Shown: positions 29,979 through 38,941 of the stretch, in pieces
Numbering within the stretch: position 1 is the first letter of the stretch
Layout: each line of letters opens with the position of its first letter
From: Candidatus Daviesbacteria bacterium
Lineage (GTDB): Bacteria; Patescibacteriota; Microgenomatia; Daviesbacterales; UBA10151
Direction: 5' to 3'
Length of the DNA: 64,000 bases
Assembly: GCA_016186955.1 (NCBI GenBank)
Contig: JACPKP010000007.1
Coordinates: 1,962 to 65,961, forward strand
Made by a program: the position numbers and the translations under genes
Notes under the pieces: model-generated
What the model saw: only the letters and a program-made list of their open reading frames with translations
Database searches by the model: none
Told to the model about the DNA's origin: nothing

Positions 29979-30038
29979 TCACACCTCCGAGGTGTGATAA
30001 AAATAGCTGTTGACAAATTGGATACAAGCTCATAGAAT
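29979..30038 (+). promoter_or_regulatory. 19-bp palindrome TCACACCTCCGAGGTGTGA followed by sigma70 promoter TTGACA-17-TAGAAT
   Basis: Second copy of the palindrome. The -10 lies only ~8 nt before the ATG at 30046, suggesting a near-leaderless transcript. Confidence 0.45.
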
Positions 30039-30045
30039 CACTGGC

Positions 30046-30780
30046 ATGGAGAGCCAAGGTGCAGTGAAGAAAATTTCAAGAGTTAGAAAAACCATCATTG
30101 ATACCAAACCAGAACCTGTATCACAAATAGACTCCATACCCACTATTCAACTTCACTCAAAAAAAGATATTTTCAATAACCTCAATGAAGAAATAAAAAA
30201 ATTAAAAGATCAATTTGATATTTTGGAAAAAGAAATTACTGAAACAAGACAAGAGTGGGTTAAGGAACAAAGAGTTCATCAACAGGAGATGGAGGAAAGA
30301 GAACGTCAAGAGAATCTTGGAAGAAAACATGAGCAAGAGCTGTACCAGTATGAAACAAATTTGAATCATAAAAAAGCGGAAGATGAATTTAGTGACAAAA
30401 AAACTAAGTGGGAAAAGGAGCTTTTAGAGCGTAAAGATGAGCTTGCAAAAGATAAACAGGAATTAGCGGAATTAAGAAGCAAGGTAGCAGGTTTTGAACA
30501 ACAGCTTGTCAAAGCAGCAGATGGGGCATCTGAAGCGGCTAAAAAAGAGCTGGAATCTAGGTTTGAGAATGAAAAAAGATTATATGAGCAGCAAGTCAAG
30601 GCGGAAAAAGATGTACTCAATTTAAGGCTCAGCAATTTGACTGCTGATAATAGTAGGCAAGCTCATGAGATAGAAACTCTCAAAAAAGCTTTGGATGAAG
30701 CTACAAGACAGGTGAAGGAGATAGCGGTAAAAGTGATTGAATCAAACAGCGGTGTAATTAAAACCTCCTCTGCAGAATAG
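30046..30780 (+). CDS. coiled-coil protein (Glu/Lys-rich)
   Basis: Heptad-like EELKKL periodicity throughout. The ORF-track start at 30010 lies inside the promoter; the ATG at 30046 is preferred. Confidence 0.45.
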   Translation: MESQGAVKKISRVRKTIIDTKPEPVSQIDSIPTIQLHSKKDIFNNLNEEIKKLKDQFDILEKEITETRQEWVKEQRVHQQEMEERERQENLGRKHEQELYQYETNLNHKKAEDEFSDKKTKWEKELLERKDELAKDKQELAELRSKVAGFEQQLVKAADGASEAAKKELESRFENEKRLYEQQVKAEKDVLNLRLSNLTADNSRQAHEIETLKKALDEATRQVKEIAVKVIESNSGVIKTSSAE

Positions 30781-30834
30781 TTACTTTTAATGTGATCGTT
30801 TAAATATCCGTAGTATGGTAAAATAAATTTACGT

Positions 30835-31191
30835 ATGAATGAACAAGAGGTTAGTTTAGACCAACTAAAACAGATAATACGGGAAAAAGGCATAAATCCC
30901 GCCCCTGGCGCTAAACCCGGCAGTTTTACAGCATATGGAATCGTTTTAGGAAACCATGGATTAGCAGCTACGGAAGTTTTTTATGAAATTTATAAAAGAC
31001 TTAAACCTATCTTTGGAGAAGCGCTGCTGGATGGTTTTTCAACTTCTGCCGCGCATGCGGAACTGGGGAGATTTGAGCCTAAATTAGCGCCTTACTCCGA
31101 TGGAGAAACAGCCTGGCTTGAGGCTCAGAAATCAGAGCTGACTGTTTATTTAAAAAGCACACTGAAGCGGAGGAAACAGGTAGGATTGTAA
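30835..31191 (+). CDS. hypothetical protein
   Basis: ORF only; 118 aa. Confidence 0.35.
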   Translation: MNEQEVSLDQLKQIIREKGINPAPGAKPGSFTAYGIVLGNHGLAATEVFYEIYKRLKPIFGEALLDGFSTSAAHAELGRFEPKLAPYSDGETAWLEAQKSELTVYLKSTLKRRKQVGL

Positions 31192-31205
31192 GTGGCCGAG
31201 CCAAT

Positions 31206-32291
31206 ATGGTTGAGAATAAACCCCAAAAATTATGGTTGTACGATCAAACTATTGCAGGTGAAGGTTTGAGCCAAATTGTCCAAGATCTTCTGAAAGATGT
31301 CCCAAGTATCGGGCAGCCAAATATCTTTCCATTGGAGTGGCATGGTGATGCCCATGGAAAATTAGCAAAGCTTTATGAAACAGCAAAAGAACGTGCTTGG
31401 AATCCGGCTCAGGCGATTGATTGGAAAAAGTTGGATCCCAAAGACTTTACAAGAGAACAACGGTTGGGGGTAATGTATTGGTATTCAGTTTTGGCGAATT
31501 TCGACGGTTCGGGGCCTCCGGTTTTTGCTAAAGCAATGATAAAATCTTATGAAACACATGAACCTAATGAGCTTAGAAATGCATTTTTTTCAATAGCCCG
31601 GGATGAAGTAAACCATGAAGAGGTTTGTTACCGGACAGTTTCCAGGCTTTGGTCTCAAACCCCGACAGAATGGGACCCTCAAAATGACCTAGAAGCTTTA
31701 GCCTTGAGAAACATCCGTTGGCTTTATTATAACGGCGGTAGATATTGGAAAGGTTATTCCAAGGCTTTGGAAGAAAAATATCCGATGAGCGTACTTTTTT
31801 CTTCATTTATGATGGGAGAGGTTGCGGCCACAACCCTTTTTCACAACATGAGTAAGGCAGCCAAACATCCTGTTTTTGCCCAGGGGCTTAAAAAAGTTGG
31901 GCAGGATGAAGCTAGGCATATGGCAATTTGCCTGGCTGCGTTGGAGCATGAATATATGAAACTGACAGAAGAAGATAAACAGATGATTACTAAGCAGCTT
32001 CGGGCCGGGTTTGTATTTCTTTCCATGATTTTGTATGAACCGCCTGATGAATTTTGGAAGCTGCCCCCGGAATTTTTGGAGGTTCATAGAAAATTAGAAC
32101 AGTTAGCAAGGGAAGCAGGTTTGGGAGTGGCAACCTTAAGCGAAAAGAAACAAGTTTGGCAGGAGGCAATGCTTAAAGTAAAAACAGTAGTAAACTCCTA
32201 TGGAGTGGAATTTCCAGCCATGCCTGAAGTAGGTATCACCGGAAAGGAGGTTGTAAATATCAGCATGGAAGATATAATTCCTGTATTCTAA
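31206..32291 (+). CDS. ferritin-like diiron-carboxylate oxygenase superfamily protein
   Basis: Two E...ExxH pairs (E-THE...DEVNH and GEVAA...DEARH) spaced as in diiron enzymes of the R2/AurF/desaturase type. Confidence 0.5.
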   Translation: MVENKPQKLWLYDQTIAGEGLSQIVQDLLKDVPSIGQPNIFPLEWHGDAHGKLAKLYETAKERAWNPAQAIDWKKLDPKDFTREQRLGVMYWYSVLANFDGSGPPVFAKAMIKSYETHEPNELRNAFFSIARDEVNHEEVCYRTVSRLWSQTPTEWDPQNDLEALALRNIRWLYYNGGRYWKGYSKALEEKYPMSVLFSSFMMGEVAATTLFHNMSKAAKHPVFAQGLKKVGQDEARHMAICLAALEHEYMKLTEEDKQMITKQLRAGFVFLSMILYEPPDEFWKLPPEFLEVHRKLEQLAREAGLGVATLSEKKQVWQEAMLKVKTVVNSYGVEFPAMPEVGITGKEVVNISMEDIIPVF

Positions 32292-32292
32292 T

Positions 32293-32778
32293 ATGGAAAG
32301 AATGGTTGGAAAAGCAGTCAGAACCTTAGATGACAAAACAACTGTTTTGAACTTTGACAGTATAAAGAGAGGCGACAGGTTTGTGATGGAGCAGGAAGTT
32401 ACAAGGGAAAAGGTGATGCTTTTTGCACAGGCTTCCGGTGATTTCAGTCTTTTACACTCTGATCCTCAATATGCATTAAATACCCGTTTTGGCAAGGTTA
32501 TTGCCCATGGAATGCTGACAGGGGGTTTTATTTCTGCAGCGCTTGCGGGTTTAGGTAAAGACGCAATGACTGCAGTCTATCTGGAGCAGTTTTTAAAATT
32601 CCACAGGCCGGTTGTAGAAGGGGATATTTTAAGGGTTTATTTAAAAATCACTTGTAAAAATAACACAGACAAAAGCCTTTGTTTGACGACAGATTGTTAC
32701 AACAGAAGAGATCGATTGGTAGTCAGCGGTAGGGCAAAAATCCGTTTGGATCCATACCCATATCCTCAAGCTGCCTGA
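32293..32778 (+). CDS. MaoC-like (R)-specific enoyl-CoA hydratase/dehydratase (hotdog fold)
   Basis: ASGDFSLLHSDPQYA...GKVIAHGML motif. Its start overlaps the stop of the diiron gene. Confidence 0.7.
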   Translation: MERMVGKAVRTLDDKTTVLNFDSIKRGDRFVMEQEVTREKVMLFAQASGDFSLLHSDPQYALNTRFGKVIAHGMLTGGFISAALAGLGKDAMTAVYLEQFLKFHRPVVEGDILRVYLKITCKNNTDKSLCLTTDCYNRRDRLVVSGRAKIRLDPYPYPQAA

Positions 32779-32821
32779 AAATTCAGGATGATCGGGATCA
32801 CGCAAAATTTCAAACTAACTA

Positions 32822-32850
32822 TTGCATTTTGCGCTAGATTATTATATTAT
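32822..32850 (+). promoter_or_regulatory. candidate tuf promoter TTGCAT-17-TATTAT with long leader
   Basis: Good hexamers, followed by a CCAGCTT-TGGA-AGCTGG hairpin and a ~140-nt leader ending in an AAGGA SD. Confidence 0.4.
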
Positions 32851-32991
32851 TTGGTATAAGCCCAGCTTTGGAAGCTGGATTTTAATGGGTTGGTACCCAT
32901 GTCATTTCGATACGCAAGTGAGAAATCTTATATAGAAATTAGATTGCCACGTCGCTCGTAAACTCACTCCTCGCAATGACAAAGGAAACAT

Positions 32992-34176
32992 ATGGCAGAT
33001 TCTAAAAAGTACGAAAGAACTAAACCGCACGTAAATGTCGGAACCATGGGTCATGTTGACCATGGTAAAACTACCCTGACTGCAGCGATTACCAAAGTTT
33101 TGGCAGGTAAAGGTTTGGCAGAGGTTAGAACTGTAGACCAAATTGATGCAGCCCCGGAGGAAAAAGCCCGCGGAATCACCATCAATATTTCCCATCAGGA
33201 ATATGAGACCGAAAAACGCCACTATGCCCACATCGATATGCCGGGTCATGCTGACTATATCAAAAACATGATTACCGGAGCAGCGCAGACAGACGGAGCT
33301 ATTCTGGTAGTTTCTGCCCCGGATGGCCCAATGCCTCAAACCAGGGAACATCTTTTGCTAGCCCGTCAGGTGGGGGTTCCGGCGATTGTGGTCTACCTTA
33401 ATAAAACAGATATGGTTGATGACCCTGAGCTTTTAGATTTAGTGGAAGAAGAGGTCAAAGACTTGCTTAAAAAATATGAATATGACCCCAATTCACCAAT
33501 AATCAGAGGCAGCGCTAAAAAAGCTTTGGAAGGCGATCCTGAAGCAGTTAAATCTATTGAAGCTTTAATGGAAGCTGTTGATACATGGATCCCAACCCCT
33601 GTTAGGGATAAAGATAAGCCGTTTTTGATGGCTGTTGAAGATGTATTTTCCATTAAAGGGCGTGGTACAGTGGCTACAGGCAGGATTGAAAGAGGGGTTG
33701 TCAAAATTAATGAGGAAATTGAAATTGTGGGTATCAGGCCTACCAAAAAGAGCGTTGTGACAGGCATTGAGATGTTCCATAAAATGCTCGACCAGGGTGA
33801 AGCAGGGGATAATGCCGGGATACTATTGCGGGGTGTTGAGAAAGATGATATTGAAAGAGGGCAGGTTTTGGCAAAACCCGGTTCAATCACCCCTCACAGT
33901 GAATTTGAGGCTGAAATTTATGTTTTGAGTAAGGAAGAGGGTGGAAGGCATACCCCGTTTTTTAAAGGCTACAGGCCGCAATTTTACATCAGGACTACTG
34001 ATGTGACAGGTGAGGTGCAGCTTCCTGAGGGGGTTGAGATGGCTATGCCTGGGGACACAGTTAAAATTGTAGGAAAATTAATCACCCCGGTTGCTATGGA
34101 GGATGGTTTGAGGTTTGCAGTCAGGGAAGGCGGGAAAACAGTAGGGGCAGGGGTCATTACCAAGATAATTGCTTAA
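32992..34176 (+). CDS. tuf: elongation factor Tu
   Basis: [22 protein letters not shown]; full length. Confidence 0.95.
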   Translation: MADSKKYERTKPHVNVGTMGHVDHGKTTLTAAITKVLAGKGLAEVRTVDQIDAAPEEKARGITINISHQEYETEKRHYAHIDMPGHADYIKNMITGAAQTDGAILVVSAPDGPMPQTREHLLLARQVGVPAIVVYLNKTDMVDDPELLDLVEEEVKDLLKKYEYDPNSPIIRGSAKKALEGDPEAVKSIEALMEAVDTWIPTPVRDKDKPFLMAVEDVFSIKGRGTVATGRIERGVVKINEEIEIVGIRPTKKSVVTGIEMFHKMLDQGEAGDNAGILLRGVEKDDIERGQVLAKPGSITPHSEFEAEIYVLSKEEGGRHTPFFKGYRPQFYIRTTDVTGEVQLPEGVEMAMPGDTVKIVGKLITPVAMEDGLRFAVREGGKTVGAGVITKIIA

Positions 34177-34234
34177 AATTTAGTCTGTCCCAAGGGGCCG
34201 AAAGGCTCCTTTTTATTATTAACAGAGAGGAAAG

Positions 34235-34501
34235 ATGCCTGAAATTGAAATTACCGAAGACAAGAGAAAAGATTTACGCAGTTGGGCTGATGGAGCTGGG
34301 AAGCGTTTAAAGAACATTGATCCAAACGGAGGAAGCTTAATATGGGACATTGCCGGCGAGCCGTTTGTCATGCATACAAGGCTTCTGGCGCTGTATACTA
34401 GCGGCCGCTCTTTTGACTGTTGGGCAGAGAGGTATTTTGTGCTTTGCAGCGATAAACATGCTGAGACCCTTGAGCAAGCAGGTATTATTGAGTTAGAGTA
34501 G
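34235..34501 (+). CDS. hypothetical protein inserted between tuf and rpsJ
   Basis: ORF with an SD-like AGAGAGGAAAG upstream; no known motif. Confidence 0.35.
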   Translation: MPEIEITEDKRKDLRSWADGAGKRLKNIDPNGGSLIWDIAGEPFVMHTRLLALYTSGRSFDCWAERYFVLCSDKHAETLEQAGIIELE

Positions 34502-34562
34502 TTGACCTATAATTGGTTTTTAGGGGGTTTGTGGTACAATAGCACATTGAAAGGGGAATAAT

Positions 34563-34871
34563 ATGGCAAAAGGCAGAATTAGAGTCCGTTTAAAATCTTA
34601 TGACCATCGGGTTTTAGATGCTACTTGTGAGCAGCTGCTGGATACTGCTTTGCGTACCGGCGCCAAAATTGTCGGTCCCATTCCCCTTCCCACAAAACGC
34701 TCCAGGATTACCATTCCCCGTTCTCCTTTTAAACACAAAGATTCCCAGGAAGCTTTTGAAATAAAAACCCACAAAAGAGTAGTAGATATCGTTGAACCCA
34801 CTGATAAAACCATAGATTCACTAATGCATTTGGAACTTCCAGCTGGTGTGGATATAGAAGTAAAGATGTGA
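34563..34871 (+). CDS. rpsJ: 30S ribosomal protein S10
   Basis: [14 protein letters not shown]...IVGPIPLPT. Confidence 0.9.
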   Translation: MAKGRIRVRLKSYDHRVLDATCEQLLDTALRTGAKIVGPIPLPTKRSRITIPRSPFKHKDSQEAFEIKTHKRVVDIVEPTDKTIDSLMHLELPAGVDIEVKM

Positions 34872-34883
34872 TATTTTAAACAA

Positions 34884-35189
34884 ATGGTAGAGACAGAATA
34901 TCGCGACCCTATAGATACAGAATATAACAGGTATTTAGACAGTCCTTCTAAGAAGCTTTGGGATGATGTTGATATAGAGGTAAAAAAACTTTTATATTTT
35001 GCCGAAATGACCTCAGGTATGACATCCTTGGAAAGAACGGTTTATCTGTTGAGGTTTGAAGTTAGAAATATTATCAATAAAAGATACTCACGAAGAGAAG
35101 TGGGAGAGTTAATAGAAAAATCCCCCAGGACTGTACAAAGATTGGAAAAGAGTGCCATGGCCAAAATTGCATCCGGATTTGGCGCCTGA
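34884..35189 (+). CDS. stand-alone sigma-70 region-4-like HTH protein
   Basis: LERTVYLLRFEV...YSRREVGELIEKSPRTVQRLEKSAMAKI closely fits the sigma-70 region 4 pattern. Confidence 0.5.
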   Translation: MVETEYRDPIDTEYNRYLDSPSKKLWDDVDIEVKKLLYFAEMTSGMTSLERTVYLLRFEVRNIINKRYSRREVGELIEKSPRTVQRLEKSAMAKIASGFGA

Positions 35190-35526
35190 TTCTTCCATTC
35201 TTTATCCCAAAATAGTATACGATCGTACAACGTTTTGTCAAATGATAGCCCGGTGTTGCTTTTGTGCGCAAGCCTGTGTTAGAATTGTATAAGTGTTTAT
35301 GCCTAGAGTTTGTTAAAAAATAAACTTTAAGTTTTCAGTAGATCGCGCGTCTGAGCAGAAACAGATATGATGCAGCACACATAGATTGTCCGGTGGCGGG
35401 TAAAACCGTTATTTTTGACGTGTATGATGAGCCAATGATCTGTCCGGAGTGCCACAAACTGTTAGAGCCCCGGATTATTACTGAAGGGGAATTTAAATCG
35501 TTTGGAAAAGATAAAGAAAGGATAGT

Positions 35527-36324
35527 ATGATCCAGACATTACTGGGCACTAAAAAATTTATGACTTCAACTTATGATTCCCGCGGCAGGCGGGTGGGTGC
35601 AACAGTGGTTGAAATGAACCCGAATATGGTCACGCAAATTAAAGATAAGGAAGGGAAAGACGGATACGATGCTGTGCAATTGGGTTATGGAACTAAAAAG
35701 AGCGTAAAAAAACCCCAGATTGGTCATGCAAAAAAAGCCGGAGTTGAGGGTAAGATCAGGTGGATGCGTGAAGTTAGGGCTAGCGAGACTGTAAAACCTG
35801 GCGACCAGATCAGTTTGGGCCAGGTTTTTTCTGTTGGTGATGCAGTTAAAATAACAGGGGTAAGCAAGGGTAAAGGGTTTCAGGGTGGAGTCAGAAGGCA
35901 TGGATTCCATGGAGGGCCAAAAACCCATGGCCAATCAGACCGCCACCGGGCGCCAGGTTCCATCGGGGCCGGTACAACTCCGGGCCGGGTTTACAAGGGT
36001 AAAAGAATGGCAGGGCATATGGGAGTGGAGAGGGTGAGTTATAAAGGTTTGGAGGTTGTCAAAGTGGATAAACAAAACAACCTGTTGACTATCAAAGGCG
36101 GTGTGCCTGGTCCGGCAGGAGGATTTGTAATAGTTGAAAAACAAGGACGGATAAAAGGTTATACGCCACCACCTGAGGAAAAACCTGAAGAGGAAGAATT
36201 AGAGTCAAGTGACAACACCTCGGAGGTGAAGTCAGAAGAGCCAAAAGTTGAAGCAACAGAAGAGGTTGAATCTACTGAAAGTTCCGATGAGGTAAAGGAG
36301 GAAACAGGAAATGGCAGTAATTAA
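35527..36324 (+). CDS. rplC: 50S ribosomal protein L3 with acidic C-terminal tail
   Basis: L3 core (GVSKGKGFQGGVRRHGF); about 50 aa of Glu/Ser-rich extension. Confidence 0.9.
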   Translation: MIQTLLGTKKFMTSTYDSRGRRVGATVVEMNPNMVTQIKDKEGKDGYDAVQLGYGTKKSVKKPQIGHAKKAGVEGKIRWMREVRASETVKPGDQISLGQVFSVGDAVKITGVSKGKGFQGGVRRHGFHGGPKTHGQSDRHRAPGSIGAGTTPGRVYKGKRMAGHMGVERVSYKGLEVVKVDKQNNLLTIKGGVPGPAGGFVIVEKQGRIKGYTPPPEEKPEEEELESSDNTSEVKSEEPKVEATEEVESTESSDEVKEETGNGSN

Positions 36325-37180
36325 GTCAAAAGTCAAAAGCCCGTCTGCCGGACGGGCAGGTCAAAAGTCAAAAGTATCAAGAAAAGATTCTGTCGCCCCG
36401 AGTAACTCGGGGATCCAGAATGACAAAAAACCAAAAAAGACTAAAAAAGTTGCAGGAGTAAATAAGATTGCCACGTCCTCCGAAAAGGTTAAAAAACCTA
36501 TAGTTAAAACTAAGACAACATCAAATTTGTCAATTCCTGTTTATTCTCTGGCAGGCAGCAAGACCGCAGCAAGTTTGGCATTGCCTAAAGAAATTTTTGG
36601 CGCCAAAGTAAACAAAGCCTTGCTTGCCCAGGCGATGAGGGTTTACCTTAATAATCAGAAAAGCCATTGGTCAAATACCAAAACCCGTGGTGAAGTAAAA
36701 GGGTCAACCAGGAAAATTTTTAAACAAAAAGGCACCGGCAGGGCAAGACATGGGGCAATCAGGGCCCCAATTTTTGTGGGCGGGGGGATTGCTTTGGGGC
36801 CAAAAAACCGGAAGGTAGTTTTGGATCTGCCCGCAAAAATGAAAAATGCGGCGCTGGTTTCAGCCTTAGCACAAAAAGCAGATGAGAAGCAGGTTTTAGG
36901 GATCAGCGGCTTGGATAAAGCAAGCGGAAAAACCAAAGAGATGATAGGCTTAGTCACAAGAGTCCAGAGTCAAGAGTCCAGTAAAAAAAGTATTTTGATT
37001 GTGGTGGGGGAGAAGATAGAAAATGCTGCTAGGGCTGTGAGAAATATTACAGGGGTAGATTTACTGCAATTTGACCAGATTAATGCTTATGAAGTAATTA
37101 AACACCAAAGCCTGGTTTTAACAAAGGAAGCTGTTGAAAAATTGCAGGGAAGACTATTGGGTAAAAAGGAGGCTAAATAA
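36311..37180 (+). CDS. rplD: 50S ribosomal protein L4 with ~80-aa Lys-rich N-terminal extension
   Basis: L4 core from about IPVYSLAG. The N-terminal extension contains the palindromic element (36324-36374) in-frame. Confidence 0.9.
   Translation: MAVIKSKVKSPSAGRAGQKSKVSRKDSVAPSNSGIQNDKKPKKTKKVAGVNKIATSSEKVKKPIVKTKTTSNLSIPVYSLAGSKTAASLALPKEIFGAKVNKALLAQAMRVYLNNQKSHWSNTKTRGEVKGSTRKIFKQKGTGRARHGAIRAPIFVGGGIALGPKNRKVVLDLPAKMKNAALVSALAQKADEKQVLGISGLDKASGKTKEMIGLVTRVQSQESSKKSILIVVGEKIENAARAVRNITGVDLLQFDQINAYEVIKHQSLVLTKEAVEKLQGRLLGKKEAK
36324..36374. repeat. GTCAAAA(x2)-GCCCGTCTGCCGGACGGGCAGG-GTCAAAA(x2) palindromic element, in-frame in rplD
   Basis: Encodes KSKVKSPSAGRAGQKSKV; family members at 37599, 38199, 47643, 44466 and 49419. 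Confidence 0.75.
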
Positions 37181-37182
37181 AA

Positions 37183-37692
37183 ATGACAGCTGTTATATTA
37201 AAACCGTTGGTTACGGAAAAATCAATGTCGCTTGTCAAATCAGGAATGTTTACATTCCTGGTGGATAAAAACGCCACCAAAAGTCAGATTGGGAAAGCTG
37301 TTTCCGGGAGATTTGCAGTGGATGTTTTAAGTGTCAGTACAGTGAATATGAAGGGTAAAACCAAACTGCAAAAGAGCAGAAAAGGGTATTTTCAGAAACC
37401 ATCGTTTAAAAAAGCAATAGTCCAGCTTAAAAAAGGGCAAAAAATTGCTTTGTTTGAATCAGCAGAGAAAGAAGAAGTAGAAGTGAGGACAGCAGAAGGT
37501 GAAGTAGTTGGCAAAACCACAGAAAAAAAGAGTTTATTGGGGAGGACAAAGATAAAGATCAGCAAGCTGTCTCCTGTGGAGATTGAACAAAATACAGCAG
37601 TCAAAAGCCCGCCTGCCGGACGGGCAGGTCAAAAGGCAAAAGTTAAAAGTACAAGTAAAAAATTAAAAGTAAACAAGAAAGGAGCTAAGTAA
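37183..37692 (+). CDS. rplW: 50S ribosomal protein L23 with C-terminal extension
   Basis: L23 core; the C-terminal 70 aa are Lys-rich and contain the palindromic element. Confidence 0.85.
   Translation: MTAVILKPLVTEKSMSLVKSGMFTFLVDKNATKSQIGKAVSGRFAVDVLSVSTVNMKGKTKLQKSRKGYFQKPSFKKAIVQLKKGQKIALFESAEKEEVEVRTAEGEVVGKTTEKKSLLGRTKIKISKLSPVEIEQNTAVKSPPAGRAGQKAKVKSTSKKLKVNKKGAK
37599..37645. repeat. palindromic element copy in the rplW 3' extension (GCCCGCCTGCCGGACGGGCAGG flanked by GTCAAAAG)
   Basis: Encodes VKSPPAGRAGQKAKVKS. Confidence 0.7.
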
Positions 37693-37695
37693 AAA

Positions 37696-38556
37696 ATGGC
37701 GCTAATTAGTTACAAAGAAAACACACCAACCAGAAGGTTTATGACCAAGCTCGAAAAACCAAAGAAAAACGGTAAACATCATAAATCCCTGGTCAGTATA
37801 CTGCCGAAACAAAGCGGCCGGTCGCATGGCAAAGTTACAGTCCGCCACCAGGGCGGAAGGCACAAGAGATATTACAGGTTAGTTGATTTCAAAAGGAATA
37901 AATTTGGAGTAGAAGCAGTAGTGGAAGCTTTTGAGTATGACCCAAACAGGAATGTCAATATTGCCCTGGTTAAATATGCCGATGGTGAGAGAAGATACAT
38001 CTTAGCGCCTTCAGGTTTAAAGCCGGGGGATAGAGTGATATCAGGAGAAAGGGTTGAAGTAAAGGTTGGCAATGCCATGAAACTTAAAAATATGCCTGTA
38101 GGTACAATAGTCCATAATGTGGAGTTGACACCGGGCAGAGGAGGCCAGTTTGGGCGTAGTGCAGGTACAGGGTTGACTATCCAGGCGAAAGATAGCGGCC
38201 TGCCTGCCGACCTGCCTGACGGCAGTCAGGGCAGGCAGGGGTTTGCGCACTTGAAAATGCCCTCAGGAGAGATTAGAATGGTTCCCCTGGAGGCTATGGG
38301 GACTGTTGGAAGCTTGGGTAACGAAGAATGGAAGAATGTTACTTTTGGTAAGGCTGGAAGAAAAAGGCATATGGGGATCAGGCCGACTGTCAGGGGGACA
38401 GCCCAGGATCCCCACTCACATCCGCATGGTGGAGGAGAGGGCAGGTCAGGAATCGGCAGAAAAAGCCCCATGACGGTATACGGTAAAAAGGCAGTGGGAA
38501 ATACCAGAAAAAAGAATAAATGGACAAGCAAGTATATTTTGAAAAGGAGGAAATAG
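37696..38556 (+). CDS. rplB: 50S ribosomal protein L2 with ~14-aa internal insertion
   Basis: L2 core (HGGGEGR...). The insertion LPADLPDGSQGRQG is encoded by a ~41-nt palindrome. Confidence 0.9.
   Translation: MALISYKENTPTRRFMTKLEKPKKNGKHHKSLVSILPKQSGRSHGKVTVRHQGGRHKRYYRLVDFKRNKFGVEAVVEAFEYDPNRNVNIALVKYADGERRYILAPSGLKPGDRVISGERVEVKVGNAMKLKNMPVGTIVHNVELTPGRGGQFGRSAGTGLTIQAKDSGLPADLPDGSQGRQGFAHLKMPSGEIRMVPLEAMGTVGSLGNEEWKNVTFGKAGRKRHMGIRPTVRGTAQDPHSHPHGGGEGRSGIGRKSPMTVYGKKAVGNTRKKNKWTSKYILKRRK
38199..38239. repeat. GC-rich palindrome CCTGCCTGCCGACCTGCCTGACGGCAGTCAGGGCAGGCAGG in-frame inside rplB
   Basis: Outer arms CCTGCCTGC/GCAGGCAGG; shares the CTGCCGAC core with the intergenic copies. Confidence 0.65.
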
Positions 38557-38650
38557 AGTCTAGTCGCAAGAGTCCAGAGTCAAGTGAACGTCATTGCGAG
38601 GACTCCGATGGACATCGGAGGACGAAGCAATCTAATAAAAATTAAAAATT
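38556..38650. repeat. rplB-rpsS spacer element: GTCAAGA 7-mers, TCCGATG-GA-CATCGGA palindrome, AAAATTAAAAATT before the rpsS ATG
   Basis: A 94-nt spacer where these genes are normally adjacent. Confidence 0.5.
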
Positions 38651-38935
38651 ATGTCAAGATCATCATATAAAGGTCCGTATGTGGACGTCAAATTGTTAAA
38701 AAAAGTTAATGCACAAAAGGCTGATGGTGCAAAAACTCCGATTAAAACCTGGGCCAGAAGGTCACAGATTCCGCCTGAATTCGTGGGCCATACATTTTTG
38801 GTGCATCAAGGTAAGAATTTTGTGTCTGTTTATATTTCTGAATCCATGGTGGGGCACAAACTTGGGGAATTTGCGCCAACCAGAATTTTTAGGTCACATG
38901 GAAAGATGACTGAGAAAAGCGTAGCAAAAACATAA
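38651..38935 (+). CDS. rpsS: 30S ribosomal protein S19
   Basis: S19 signature [33 protein letters not shown]. Confidence 0.9.
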   Translation: MSRSSYKGPYVDVKLLKKVNAQKADGAKTPIKTWARRSQIPPEFVGHTFLVHQGKNFVSVYISESMVGHKLGEFAPTRIFRSHGKMTEKSVAKT

Positions 38936-38941
38936 AACATA

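Noticed and set aside
35380-35529. A 48-codon GTG-initiated ORF (VAGKTVIFDVYDEPMICPECHKLL...) ending in overlap with the rplC start
   Set aside because: It has no ATG, no convincing RBS and no recognisable domain. It could be an rplC leader peptide but the evidence is insufficient, so it is not reported as a feature.
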